DNA from: Schmidtea polychroa
Taxonomy: Eukaryota
Direction: 5' to 3'
DNA length: 64,000 nucleotides
Assembly (NCBI GenBank): GCA_044892525.1
Contig: CM097885.1
Location: 51,586,001-51,650,000, forward strand
Position numbers and translations under genes: made by a program. Below, one piece after another: positions 13,390 to 26,842 of the stretch. The notes under the pieces were generated by a model. It was not told the DNA's origin. It worked only from the letters and a program-made list of their open reading frames with translations, and ran no database searches. Every line of letters begins with the position of its first letter. Within the stretch, counting starts at the first letter, position 1.

Positions 13390-16300
13390 GTATACTATAC
13401 CCGAACTATTGTCAAACATCAATTGGACATAGTGATAAATGTCATAGAACAATGACAAAATATTACCGAAAAAAGTTTAATTCGGTCAACTTTTTTATAT
13501 GCCCCAAATGTGTAACGAGCGAAAAAATAAAATATAGGGAATTTTTTAATAAACATCATAATCACTTAGGGCAATTTTCGATATCAAAAAATGTTTTATT
13601 TAAAAAAATAAATAAAAAATTAAATAAAAAAAAAAAATTAGAAAATAATTTACAAAAAAACTTACAAAAAAATTTAGAAAATAATTTACAAAAAAATTTG
13701 CAAAAAAATATTAAAAAAAATAAAAAAAATATTATTAAAGATTCAAATATTAAAAAAGATGCTATTAAAAAAGATACTATAAATATTATTAAAAAAGATA
13801 TTATAAATATTAAAAAAGATTCTATTAAAAGACCTGCTGGTTTAATTAAAAATTGCATTCCTAATAAATTATCGCGACCTGAAGTGATAGTCATCAGCAA
13901 AGATGAATGTGTAGCTTCAACATCGTTTACACACCAAGCACCCATTACACAACACGCACCCATTACACAACAAGAAGTGATAGTCATCAATGATGAATGT
14001 GTAGCTTCAACGTCTTTGAACATATGCCAAATAGGCGGCTCTTTGTTTGAACCTATGGTAGAATCCGATTTGAACGGATCGCGTAAAACTTTAAGATTTG
14101 ATATTAGAAATCAAAACTTAGTAAAAATAGCCCTAACATCAAAAATTGAAGATAGATTAATACAGGAAATAGAAAAGATGAGCAATGTAAAAATTCAATT
14201 CACAATTTTAATTAAATTTGAAAAAGATGGGGAGATCCGGGATAATTATTTTTCGAACAATGCTCAAGTTTTTACATCAAACTTTATAAACGAGGGGGTG
14301 AGCAAATTAAATGAAAAGATTGAGCAATTCACCTATTTAGGAAGCGGGTGGCGAGTAATGAATATTTTAGAAATAGATTTTATTTTAACGAAATACGCAC
14401 CCGTCAGTAGATTATCCGGACATAGCTATATAAAAACCCCATCAGCATTAAAATTAAAACATGCAATAATTAATGTAAAAAACAACGACCATAAGTGCTT
14501 CTTGTATAGCATTCTTGCACTTTTAAAAAGAGAAGAAATAGGTCGTAATCACCAAAGAGCCGCCAAATATATAGAATTTTTACCTCTATTAAATTATGAC
14601 GAAGACACTGATTGCCCGATGAGGCTATGCAACATTCCCAAATTTGAAAGAAAAAATAGAGATTTAAACTTGAGCATAAACGTTCTGTCTTATAATCCAG
14701 CCAGTTCTGATTTAGATATTTCTGAGGATTATGTTGCTCACCACCCTCATCTTAATATAGTACATCGCTCCAAGGTTATAGACGGTAGACCAATTTATTT
14801 ATTACTTTTGAGTAATAAAGATAAATATCATTATACAGCCGTGACAGACTTGGACAAATTAATGAATTGTCATGAAAATGAAAATGTAAATGTTCAAATA
14901 AGGTGTAACTGGTGCCCACATTGTTTAAATGGCTTTAGATATAAGAATGCTTTCGATCAGCATGTTGCTCTATGCTGTAAAAATCAGACTGGCACAACTT
15001 TGTATACACTTCCTAAAAATAAAGATTTATTATTCACAGATTACGCAAAAACAGTTACACCTCCCTTCGTAATTTATGCCGATTTTGAATCGGTTTTACC
15101 AGAACATGAAACATATCATCAAATACATTTACCCATATCAGCAGGTCTTTTATTAATTAATAATTATACACACACTAAATTTTATTATTATTTTTTTGGA
15201 CCTAATTGTATTTTGGATTTTTTGAGGAAAGTGGAGGAAATTGCTGTCACAATTGTCCTGCCATATTATGATCTTGAAGGTCGTAAAGGTATGTCTACTT
15301 TGTCTTTTGCTCAGGAGCGTGCCTTTCGATCTTCCACTATTTGTTATTTGTGTAAAAAATCTATTATTAATCCTGTGAGAGATCATTGCCATTTTACAGG
15401 TAGATATGTCGGAGCGGCATGTAGGAAATGCAATGTCTCTCGCAGGATTAATAAATTGTTACCTGTTGTCTTTCATAATTTACGAGGCTATGACCTCCAC
15501 CATATTTTAAAACATGGTCTCAGTGATTTTCCCCTTTGGGAACTTAATATTATACCTACCTCTACAGAAAAATTTATATCTTTAATTGCATATATTAACA
15601 AATTGCCTGTTCGTTTTATTGACAGCATGCAATTTGTTAATTGTTCTTTAGCAAAAGCTGTGAAAACCTTAACTACTTTTCCTTTGACTTCGTCTGTCTT
15701 TCAAGGGTCGATGATTCACTCTAAAGGTATCTTTCCATATAATTTCGCTACTTCTTTAGATGTTCTTGAATCGACTTTAGAATTACCTCCTATTTGGTCT
15801 GATGTTACGGAAGATCAGTACGCTGAGGCTCAACTAATTTGGAGTCAGCATAACTGTAATAATTTGTTAGATTATATGTTAATCTACCTAAAATTGGACG
15901 TATACCTCCTCGCAGATTATTTTCAGCAATTCCGCGGTAAGGCAATTGCTTACAATGGTCTGGATCCTCTTAATTTCTACGGGATTCCCGGTATGTCATG
16001 GGCCTCAGCGCTTATGACATTAACGGAACCAATAGAACTTCTGCAGGACATGGAAATGTATAATTTCTATGAGGGAGGTATCCGGGGTGGGTTAACATTT
16101 GTTAACAAACATTACACGGCTACTTCAGATGATACAGAATTATTGTACATTGATATAAATAATCTGTATGGTTGGGCTCTTAGCCAAAATCTTCCGTATG
16201 GTGATTTTTCTTGGGTGAATAATAACTTGAATGATGTTTTACTTGAATGTATGAACACGGATATTGATAACCTTCCATATGGGTATACTATGGAGGTCGA

Positions 16301-17447
16301 TATCGATATTCCGGAATGTGTGCATGACTTTTTGAATGATTTTCCGCTTGCGCCGGAAAAGTTGTGCCCGCCTAATTCAAAAGTTGAGAAGCTTATGCTT
16401 ACGCATTGGCCAAAGAGGAACTATGTTCTTCATTGGAGGCTTCTCAAATTGTATATAGAATTAGGTGCGGTTGTTGTAAATATTCATAGGTGTATAAAGT
16501 TTAAACAAGGACCTATCTTTAAATCCTACATAGACACCAACACCACTTTACGATCTCAGTCTACTAGCGAGATATATAGGGACTTGTTTAAATTGTATAA
16601 TAACTCTCTTTACGGTAAATCGGTTGAAAATTTGAAAAAAAGAATGAATTTGAGGTTGTGTAATTCATCCGAAAAGATGATAGTATACTCCTCAAAGCCG
16701 ACTTTCAGAAAGTCCATAAGAATCGATCAAGATCTGATTGCGGCACATTTGGAAAAAGATGTGATTTGTTTAGACAGACCTAGCTACATTGGTCAAACAG
16801 TACTAGATCTGTCTAAACTGCGGATGTACCAGCTCCAATATATTGATTTGGAGAAGTACAGACGCCAATATAAATGTATCATAAATATTATTGCCGGTGA
16901 TACCGACAGTTTTTTTTTGGAAATAAAAAATTTAAAATTAACAACTTTATTACCTCAGATGATCTCAGATAATTTATTGGATACGTCAAATTACGATCCA
17001 ACCCACCCCTTGTATAGTAGGAACCTTGACTCGGTCATCGGGAAGTTTAAAGATGAGAGCAAGGGATTAGGGTATTCTGAATGGGTTTTCTTACGCCCTA
17101 AATGTTATAGTCTTTTAGGTAGTAAGGAAACGGTAAAAGCGAAGGGGGTTAAATTATCTGGGACATCAATAAATCACGAATCATATCTAAATTGCTTTAA
17201 TTCAAATCAGGTGATTTCTGTACCGCAGACTAGAATAGGTACTAGAAATCACCAACTTTTTACTTTTAAAAATTCGAAAATTGCCCTAAGTAATAATGAT
17301 GATAAGCGCGCGTGGCTAGGGAAAAACTTAAGTTACGCATTTGGGCACTATTTAGGAGTTGACGAATTAAGCGAATATGATGAGGAATTCAGTGCAGCTC
17401 CAAGTCCCAGTTTTGACGACAGCGAATGGGACGAAGATCAAATTTAA
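13390..17447 (+). CDS. polB: Protein-primed family B DNA polymerase, main exon (first in-frame ATG 13452)
   Basis: Exo I VIYADFES, Exo II FHNLRGYD, Exo III YLKLDV; Pol DINNLYG, KLYNNSLYGK, GDTDS. Endonuclease VII-like insert (CYLC..RDHCH..CRKCN), terminal-protein-like GSGW region and OTU-like NDHKCF..HY. Confidence 0.97.
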
Positions 17448-17664
17448 ATAGAAAAAACTTTATATTTTTGATTTATAAAAACTTGTATAGTGATTTCATG
17501 ATTTATAAAAAATTGTATAGAAACTTTTATTTAAAAACTTGTACAAAAACCTGTATATTGTATAAAACTTGTATTTATATATACATATTCAATAAAATTT
17601 TTAATCAGATTTTTTAAGTATTTGGTGTTTTATTATAATTTTTTATATTTAATGGTGATTTTTA

Positions 17665-17842
17665 TATAGTCTGCAGTGAGCATGCAGCTATATGTTTTTT
17701 TTATATAGTCTGCAGTGAGCATGCAGCTATATGTTTTTTTTATATAGTCTGCAGTGAGCATGCAGCTATATGTTTTATATAGTCTGCAGTGAGCATGCAG
17801 CTATATGTTTTTATATAGTCTGCAGTGGGCATGCAGCTATAT
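17665..17842. repeat. Five tandem copies of the TAGTCTGCAGTGAGCATGCAGCTA motif
   Basis: Directly visible ~35-38-bp units. Confidence 0.9.
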
Positions 17843-17881
17843 CAATGAAATAATAATAATAATAATATTAATAATATTAAT

Positions 17882-17942
<61 letters not shown>

Positions 17943-17950
17943 TTAATAAT

Positions 17951-18011
<61 letters not shown>

Positions 18012-18094
18012 CTTTAAACAGGTTGCAAAGGGTACTAGTCATGCTTATTATTGTTATACATTTGATGGTTACATTTTGAAAGCTCTATTTTGAT

Positions 18095-18521
18095 TTTTAA
18101 TAAATCAATATGTGTTTGTCCGAATACAGCCAAGTTGATGGATATTTTATATATTCTCGATAAACCAAAATGGTCAAAGCATCCAGGAAAAAGAATATCT
18201 CAAAGATTGGAGAATTTAGGAAACAGTTATGAACTAACATTTGAATATATACAAAATATAAAAATTAAATTGATTGATCATATTGAGGTTTTCAATAACT
18301 CTATTACTGAAAATAAAAAGAATATGAAGATTATTGATAAGAAGCATGATTATTTGTTAAAAAAGATTGAATTATTATTAAGAGAAATTCAAACAATCAA
18401 AGGATCAATAGAATATCTGAAAATCAATTCAACGTTACCAATTTCTAACAATAAAGCTGCGAATAGAAGTGCATCAATATTTAGTTTACCTTTGTTAATT
18501 TTACATTATTTTATTGTTTAA
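18095..18521 (+). pseudogene. 5'-truncated TIR copy of the 2138-2638 gene
   Basis: Near-identical protein lacking the signal peptide and ATG. Confidence 0.8.
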
Positions 18522-18646
18522 ATAAATGTATGTTTTGTTGATTTGTTGAGCGTGACCAGTACCCTTGTGAGCATTACCCATAGGGGGACAAAATATTTTG
18601 TCGGATAGACTCAGAGTATATAGACTCGGTGTATATAGATTAATAC

Positions 18647-18730
<84 letters not shown>

Positions 18731-19762
18731 GAAGATATATGGCTCATTCGAAAGGTCTTGGATTGAGCTTTAAAATGAGCTATCGATTATTAATTTTCGT
18801 TGGCGGGAACTTTGAAAAAATTAAAAATAAAATAATATTTTTAAAAATAATAATAAAAATAATAATATTTTTTAAAAATAATAATATGACCTTGATGAGT
18901 CATCGCGATGACTCATATGACCTTGGGAATGACCTTGGATGAGTCACGTGACCTTGAAAATGACCTTGATGAGTCATAGGATGACTCAGATGACCTTGGA
19001 AATGACCTTGAAAATTTTGATGAGTCATCGGATGAGTCATATGACCTTGAGAATGACCTTGATGAGTCATAGGATGAGTCATATGACCTTGAAAAAAATT
19101 TTCAAGGTCAAATGAGTCATACTATGAGTCATATGCCCTTGAAAATGCCCTTGATGAGTCATATTATGAGTCATATGACCTTGAAAAAAATTTTTCAAGG
19201 TCAGATGAGTCATACTATGAGTCATACGACCTTGAAAATGGCCTTGATGAGTCATACTATGAGTCATATGACCTTGAAAAAATTTTTCAAGGCCAAATGA
19301 GTCATACTATGAGTCATATGACCTTGAAAATGACCTTGATGAGTCATACTATGAGTCATGGTCTTTGTTTCAATGACCTTGATGAGTCATAGGATGAGTC
19401 ATATGACCTTGAAAATGACCTTGATGAGTCATGGTCTTTGTTTAAATGACCTTGAGAAATTTTTTTGATCTTGATGAGTCATAGTATGAGTCATATGACC
19501 TTGAAAATGACCTTGATGAGTCATCGGATGAGTCATGGTCTTTGTTTAAATGACCTTGAAAAATTTTATGAGTCATAGGATGACTCATGGTCTTTGTTTC
19601 AATGACCTTGATGAGTCATATGTCTTTGTTTAAATTTGACCTTGAAAAAAAATGTACTTTTAGACTTAGAATATTTTTGAAAATCTTACTGACGGGGGGA
19701 GGGGGGGAGGGGGGGTACTGTGCTAGCGGTGCCCTGTGCCAGCGGTGCCCAATCCATCTACT
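18095..19762. repeat. Right TIR of element A
   Basis: Reverse complement of 512-2564, including a 5'-truncated copy of the 2138-2638 gene. Confidence 0.93.
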
Positions 19763-21790
19763 GTGGTAATTCATAAGTACAGACTAAAGTCCAATTCTTA
19801 AATTTATTTAAACCATATTTAACTATATGGTGCATATCGTATCCTTTCAAGTTGTGAAATACGATTTGCAAAATTTTATTAATTTTCCTATTTATGTTGC
19901 ATGTGCTACAAGCAGCACCCAAGTATTTCCCAGTAAAATGATCGTGATCTCCAACAGGATCGACGATACATTTCATGCAAAGGTAACATTTCTCGGCATT
20001 ATTAAATTGCAATTGTTCGATATTAGTTAATTTCACCATAGGTTTCCTACCGATTTTATAATAAAAAGGAAGAACTTTGTTTAATGCTATATCCTCTATA
20101 GCACTTAAAAACTTTCGAAAAAACCTATGAACTGCTGATAAGATTTAGATCCGTCTATGTTATTAACAAGTAAAAGACCAGCAGATATTGGCATATGACG
20201 TTGAAAGTGAATATTGTCGGAAGGTAAAATAGCCTCAAAATTGGTATAAACTACAAAAGGAGGAGATACTGTTTTTGACCAGTCAGTAAACTATAATAAT
20301 TTATTTTCAGGGAATGTGTAAAGAGTCGTTCCTAACTGATATTTTTAAATGATACTTCATGTTTGTCCAGCGCATGTTTATTTCTAAAACCGTTCAAACA
20401 CCGCTGGTATCATAATGACTGTATTCGTGTATTACATTTTGTGATTATGTGACAATTCATTAGTCGATTTAAGTTGCTTATAGCAACGTAATGGAAGTTG
20501 TTTCCTTTATTTAATAATAATAAATTAATTATTTTTCCATTTAAAACTTTCGAACGGTGTATAATATCCAAATGTTGATGTTTTAATACATAGTTTTCCT
20601 TTAACAATCTAGTGTTATTGTAAGTGAAGACGTTAATTATCAAATCAGGATTTTTGGCTTCAAATTTTCTAATATCGTTTAATTTCATATGTAAATCGGA
20701 CGAGTCGTATATAACGTCAGTTAGATTATAACTCGATGTCCTATTTCTGGCATAACTACTTATCTCATCATATTTTAAAATAGCTAAAATGCTATATAAA
20801 AAACACGAATCATCATTGTTTTTTATATTGATTAAACATTTTTTATTTTTCAGAAAAGATGGTGTATGTAAATAACTCCTACCACTTAACCTACTTAACC
20901 TACTTATTTTTGTTATTGTGAAATGAATTTCGGTTATATTTTTTATTATCCAACTACTACCTAACTCGGCTATGCTTGTTATTTTTTCATTTAATTCTCT
21001 AATGCCTTCGTCAAAAAATGACACAGTTAATGGTTTCGCGTTATTAGAGATATTATTAACTTTTTTTTCTCCGTCTTTTTCTAATTTGATTTTTATTCCG
21101 AATTGAATTTTGACGGAGCCTAATTCGTTAATAATATCTCTTAATTTGATTATTAACGATTCTGGAAATATTATTTCCTTAATATTTAAATCGCTAGTAT
21201 TTAAACTCAATATCTTATGGGTACCTCTTAAATCACGTTGAACTATCGGTACATTTCCACCTATTTGTATAGTATTTAATCCATCCCAAGAATCAAGGGA
21301 AATGTTGTCAAATCCATCATTAGATTCAACAACCAGTCCATCCCAAGAATCAAAGGAAATGCTGTCTAATCCGTCCTGGGATTCAACAACCAATCCATCA
21401 TTGGATTCGACAAAAGGCATTTTGTCCTGGGATTCAACAACCAATCCATCATTGGATTCAACAAAAGGCAATCCGACCTGGGATTCAACTACGTCTAATC
21501 CGTCCTGGGATTCAAAAGAAGAAGTATCTAATTTAATTTTTTTATTTGTAATATTTATTTCTACGGTTGAGGGTCTTTTAAAAACAGCGCCTTTTTTTAA
21601 AATTAAACCTATCTAAATGATTTTTATGGTTATTGTAAAACTTATTATATGTTACGGGTCACTAGTTTTGCATATGGGGTATATAAAATAAGTTTTATTA
21701 TAATATTTTTTAATGTAATAATTTTCCATTATAAAATGGCAATTATTATTATGTTCTTTTGCTGAACAATAATTCGGGTAACGTATACCT
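19763..21790 (-). pseudogene. polB: Element B pPolB, 5' portion
   Basis: YPNYC, QIGG, GSSW, NDDSCFLYS, DHDHFTG and FHNLKGYD fragments; joins 1-511 in frame across the TSD. Confidence 0.92.
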
Positions 21791-21962
21791 ATAAAATATA
21801 AATTTCAATAAAAATTGACTAAAAAATTTAATAAAAAATTGACTAAAAAAATATTATAATTTAAATGAAATTTTTTAATAATTTTCCTAAGTATTGTATG
21901 AAACCAATCAGAATTTAATATTTGATATAAATGAAAAATTTAATTAACTAAATTTTAAAAAA

Positions 21963-22300
21963 ATGTTTAATATAAATAGTATAATAATAGAAGAAAATAG
22001 TACATCTGTTAAAGGTATGGTATATATAATATGTACTATTTTTGTAGGAACCAGTTAATTTAAAAACCTATCAATTCAATATTCAAATTGGAGATATTGG
22101 GGAAGAAGATAGAAAAAATCTTGGAGAAATTCTTAGATTAATTAATAAAGAAATGTATTTTAATGAAAAATTTACATTTATCAACTGTGAAAAAGATTGT
22201 AAAATAGTTGAAGATCAAAAGTCAAAAGTTCGAATAGTTATTCAAGGAGTCAAGATATGGAGCTATAATTAAACGAATTTCGAAAATTACAAATGTTGTT
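21963..22300 (+). pseudogene. Possible decayed homolog of the 3855-4265 gene
   Basis: Reads ...VRIVIQGVKI, similar to ITIAIQGYKV; CCAAT/TATAAA upstream; frame not cleanly reconstructable. Confidence 0.3.
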
Positions 22301-23159
22301 GAATAAAATTTATGTATTTAAGTGCTCTTTTATTGTTATTTTAAAGATGTCTAAAAATTATTATTTTCTATATAATTTCACATACAATATTTAGGAAAAT
22401 TATAAAATTTACAATTAAAAATTTTTGCGAGGGATTTCCCCTTATTATTAACAAATTTCAAATATCATCTAAAGAAAATGCGAGGGATTTCCTCTTATCA
22501 TTAATATATCATCAAAATACGAGGGATATATATATATCATTAACACATTTCAAAAAAATGTTTAATATAAATTTATAAAAAATCGAATAAAACTAAAATA
22601 AAAAATTATTAATAATTTCGAAAGTACTTACATTTATCTTCTGTTAATTTTTTGATAATGGGCATTTTTTCATTAAAATTTTTATCTTCTATTAATTTTT
22701 TGATATTATTTTTGGGCATAGACATAATCATAGACATTTTTTTTTCTAAAAAAAATATTTAAATTTTATTAATTAAAAAATCAAAAATCTTACAAGCTTT
22801 GGTATAGGTAAATTATGACAAAATGAAAAAACTAATCATTTATATATTATTGATCCTTCTTAATAATTACATAATAATTAAAGGATTAAATTTCATATTT
22901 AATACCAACATAATAATTAAAGTATTAACGTTTTTTATTTAATTACGTAATAATTAAAGGATTATGTTTCTTATTTAGATGATTGTTGTCGTTGAAGAAA
23001 GTTTCATGTTTTATGTTAATCCTTAAAGATAGAGTATTATCATCATTACATAATTCAATTAACAACAAATTATTTACTCTAATATTACAATATTCTTTCT
23101 TTAACATCATTTTAAATGCAAAAAACAATATATTTTCATTATAAAAATTTATTTCATGG

Positions 23160-23389
23160 ACTTTAATCAAGCCAAACAATGTTGTCCACATGTTTTTTTG
23201 TCATTGGATTTTGGTAGCGTATTCGATTATATTCAATTGGCATAAACATTGATTGTAGTTTATTGATTTATAAAGGCGGATAATAGAATCCCATTGGATC
23301 AAATGCACATATTTTGTCTGGTTTCACATATTATCTGAATAGAACTAAATTAATAAAAATTAAATAATTTAAACTATTTCTTACTTCAT
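23160..23389 (-). pseudogene. Element B protease, internally deleted; intron 23345-23384
   Basis: MN|SIQI, FDPMGFYYP and TCGQHCLA present; catalytic His region missing. Confidence 0.8.
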
Positions 23390-23423
23390 ATTTGATTAAT
23401 TGATTTTCTATATTTAGTATATA

Positions 23424-24633
23424 TTATACCAAAACAGTACGAGTAGATGTAATTTGAATTTCCTTTTCAAAAACTCCATATACAATTACAGAAACAGCTT
23501 CAGTAAGTGAAGATGCAAATTTAATATCTAATCGTAAATTTCCACTTTGTGTTAACTGACTTTGATGAGGATCAAAATCCGGTGCCAATACAAATGTAAA
23601 GAATGGGTACTTGTTCTTAAATCGGACATGTTGATACCACAATTCATATTTTTATTTAGATATTCCATATCTCTAAAAATCGATTGCATATAATCGTCTT
23701 TCTCAAAATCTTGACTATATTTTTCACGATAATCACTTCATTTACTTAAAGTTATCGACTTGACATTAAAGTGATCAAATATAGAAAATTTTTCTGAAAA
23801 CGATCCACTAAATCCTTTACTAGATTGAAATGCAACAAGAACAAAATTAGGTAATCATCGATCTCCAAATATTTGTTCTTTATAAAAAGAGGAAGAACCA
23901 ATAGGCAATGAGAAATCAACAACTTCTTTGCTTCTTAAAGGATAAATTGCATTTTTTGTAGACAGACCAATTTGATGACCTGCCAAAACCGATGGTTCAA
24001 CACGAACTCTTCTAACCATTAATTTTGCATCTAATAATACAATTTTCGGTTCAATTTTCGCACAATTTAAACTAAGCGTTGAATTTGATCTTGTTAATTT
24101 AATTTGAACACTAACATCTGGTAGTAAATATTTAAGTTGATCAAAGAAATCAAATTGAAGTTGGGAACATAAAGAAAAGGATTTTGATTTTTCAATCCAT
24201 GTTTTTCTCGTAAGATCTTTGTTAGTATATCCCATTCCACCTAAAGATGTTCGTTTAGTATCTCCGTCATAATTTATAAGTGTTTCAATTAATACTTTGT
24301 GGGCAAATCTATCATTTGATCCTTCAACTTTGATTGAATTAAAAATTAATTCAACATTTTTAAAAAGGGTTTTGAAGAAGAAATTATTTAGAATTACTTC
24401 TGATTCACCTAAATTCTCACCTAAATTATTAACAACTTTCAATTGAATATATAACAAAGTATCATTCAAATCTAAATATTCAGTTTGCGATCCATTTATG
24501 TAAAATTGAATCGAATTGAACCAGCATCTTTAATTGAATTTCTTGGGTATATATCTTCAAATGCTCCATGTTCAATTACTGCTTGGGGAGAAGGTCTATC
24601 GAAAAGACATAATTCTGATTTAGCGCTAATCAT
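23424..24633 (-). pseudogene. Element B major capsid protein
   Basis: MISAKSELCLFDRPSPQ to GNLRLDIKFA..RTVLV, broken by stops and frameshifts. Confidence 0.9.
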
Positions 24634-25027
24634 TTTTCAAAGATGGTACCATATTCTTTCATTCTTTTGTTTATATGTTTCTTCATAAATTTTCGTCGTT
24701 TAAGTGTTCCGCCTTTTTGTTCATTATCATTTTTAAATACGTCGGATACTTTATTAATTATTTCAGGTAAATGTTGCATCACAGCAGGTAATGAATCTTT
24801 AATTTCAGAAATTGTATTTGATTTTAAAGCAGGCAAGATATTTGAATTATTATTTATTACATCATTAGCTGTTTTCAAAATAAAATTTCCAATTCGTCTA
24901 AGAATTGGGAGTGCAAATCTACCTAGTGTCTTCAACCAACGGTTCCATATTGTTTACCAAAAAAATATGGTAAATCTCCACCCGATTGGTTATTGATATA
25001 AAAATGTATTATGTCAGGATTACTCAT
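24630..25027 (-). pseudogene. Element B PW-like gene
   Basis: QSGGDLPYFFGKQYG, then a frameshift to LGRFALPILRR. Confidence 0.8.
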
Positions 25028-25442
25028 TGATTTTACGAAAATGTAATGTCAAGTATGTTTTATCTTCTTTTCCAAATATGTATTTTCCACTATCATCTCG
25101 TATGTTGATTTCTATATTGTTTATATATGAAGAAAATACCGGCAAGTACATTGGATTCTTTTCAATTATTTGTACTATATCATCTTTTTTATGTTTTTCC
25201 ACCCAAATACATTTCAATAGAGGAACCAATGTATCACCAACAATAATTGGTTCAATAATATTTGTATAGATCAGGGGTTTCAAACTCAAACTGGCCTGCG
25301 GGCCGCATTAGACTAGTATTATGAGCCGGCGGGCCGCAACATAAATAATTGTTTTTCAGAACATGTGGAGTCTGAAACTCCGACGTTAATATTTATTTAA
25401 TTAAAAACTCAACAAAACTAAAAAACATTTTTTTATTATTAA

Positions 25443-25480
<38 letters not shown>

Positions 25481-26341
25481 TGTATAACGTCATATGTATA
25501 AATAAAAATAATTAAAAAGATAAGTTTTAATTTATACAGCCAATTATACTATACTATAGATCATCTATACTATAGATCATCAATTGTTGATTACGTTGTA
25601 GTATTTCAGATTCTTTAAAAACAATAATAAGTTTGTCAGTATATGATTCTTCTAATAATCCTAAACTATTAGCTAAAAATTTACTAAATTGAACTTTACT
25701 GACATCATCGTCCATTACAATTTTAACGATTTTTCCTTTTTGAATATCAACAGATTTAAATGGACGAGGATAAAAGGTTGATAATTGATCATTTATTTGT
25801 GAAAGATCTGTAATGATTTTTTCTTCAAATGTATCGGTAAACTCTACATCATAATAATACTGTATAGTTAATCGGATTGTATCAAACTTTATTTTTCGAT
25901 TATTTGAAGGAATAGTGATTTGATTCAAGTTTTCTTTAAAATTTATTTCTTTTTCTGAAAATCCTAATTTTGTGCTTCTTTAATACTATCAAATTCTACT
26001 TTAAAAGTAAAATATTTACAATTAATGTTCAATGTATTTCCATCAATATATATTAAATAAAATGGAGAGTCGTGACTGATTGTATATTCATTTCTTTCTT
26101 GGTTAAAGTAAAAGTATTCATAACTTGTATGTAATACACTTTTACTGTATTTAACATTTGAATTATTGTAAAAAGGAAAATAATTATACACAAAGGTAAA
26201 ATCCATGAGAGCTACTTCCCATTCACCATCCAAGTAAATAGGATTTTGAAATTCGACATTAAATTTGCTAGCTTCATTATTTGGATGAGTCTGAGAACAA
26301 CTATTAGAAGGCAAATTCACATAAAAATCTTTTTTTATCAT
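25020..26341 (-). pseudogene. Element B minor capsid paralog 2, interrupted by a hAT fragment
   Basis: FYVNLPSNS..WEVAL start and VGDTLVPLL..LHFRK end. Confidence 0.85.
25272..25570 (+). mobile_element. Truncated hAT (Buster/Charlie-like) fragment
   Basis: CAGGGGTTTCAAACTC...GCGGGCCGC terminus preceded by GTATAGAT; (C)TATAGAT repeated at the other junction. Confidence 0.65.
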
Positions 26342-26842
26342 TTATTTTACGAAAATGTTATGTCAAGTGCGTTTTTGTATCTTTACTAAATTTTATTAAT
26401 TTTCCACTATCATCTCGTATATTGATTTCAATGTTGTTTATAGAAGAATTAGAAATTGGTAGATACATTGAATTCTTCATTTCTAATTACACAATTTCTT
26501 CTTGTTCATATTTTTTTATTCAAATAGATTTCAATAACGGAACTCTTACATCTCCAACGGTCATTGGTTCGATAATATTTGAGTAAATAAACATTTGTTG
26601 ATGATGATTAAATAATTTTGGAATTTTTGAACCAATAATTTCTTTCTCTGTAAATGTTTGTTTCTTTAATTCCATTGTTTTTGTTAAATTTTTATCAAAG
26701 GTTATTGATGAAATGTTATCAGCAAGACTTATTTTAACCAATTCATTATTTTGTATTTTAAAATCTTTAAAGGGCGACGGATTAATTGTGATTAACTGAC
26801 CGTGTATTTCAGATAAAGTATTAATGTATAATTCATCTTCGT
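26342..26842 (-). pseudogene. Element B minor capsid paralog 1, C-terminal half
   Basis: HQQMFIYSNII..VGDVRVPLLK..IEINIRDDSGK. The N-terminal half was lost in a deletion fusing it to the integrase. Confidence 0.8.

Noticed and set aside
13562..15392. Antisense and alternate-frame ORFs over pPolB and other core genes
   Set aside because: Shadow ORFs of real genes with no independent support.
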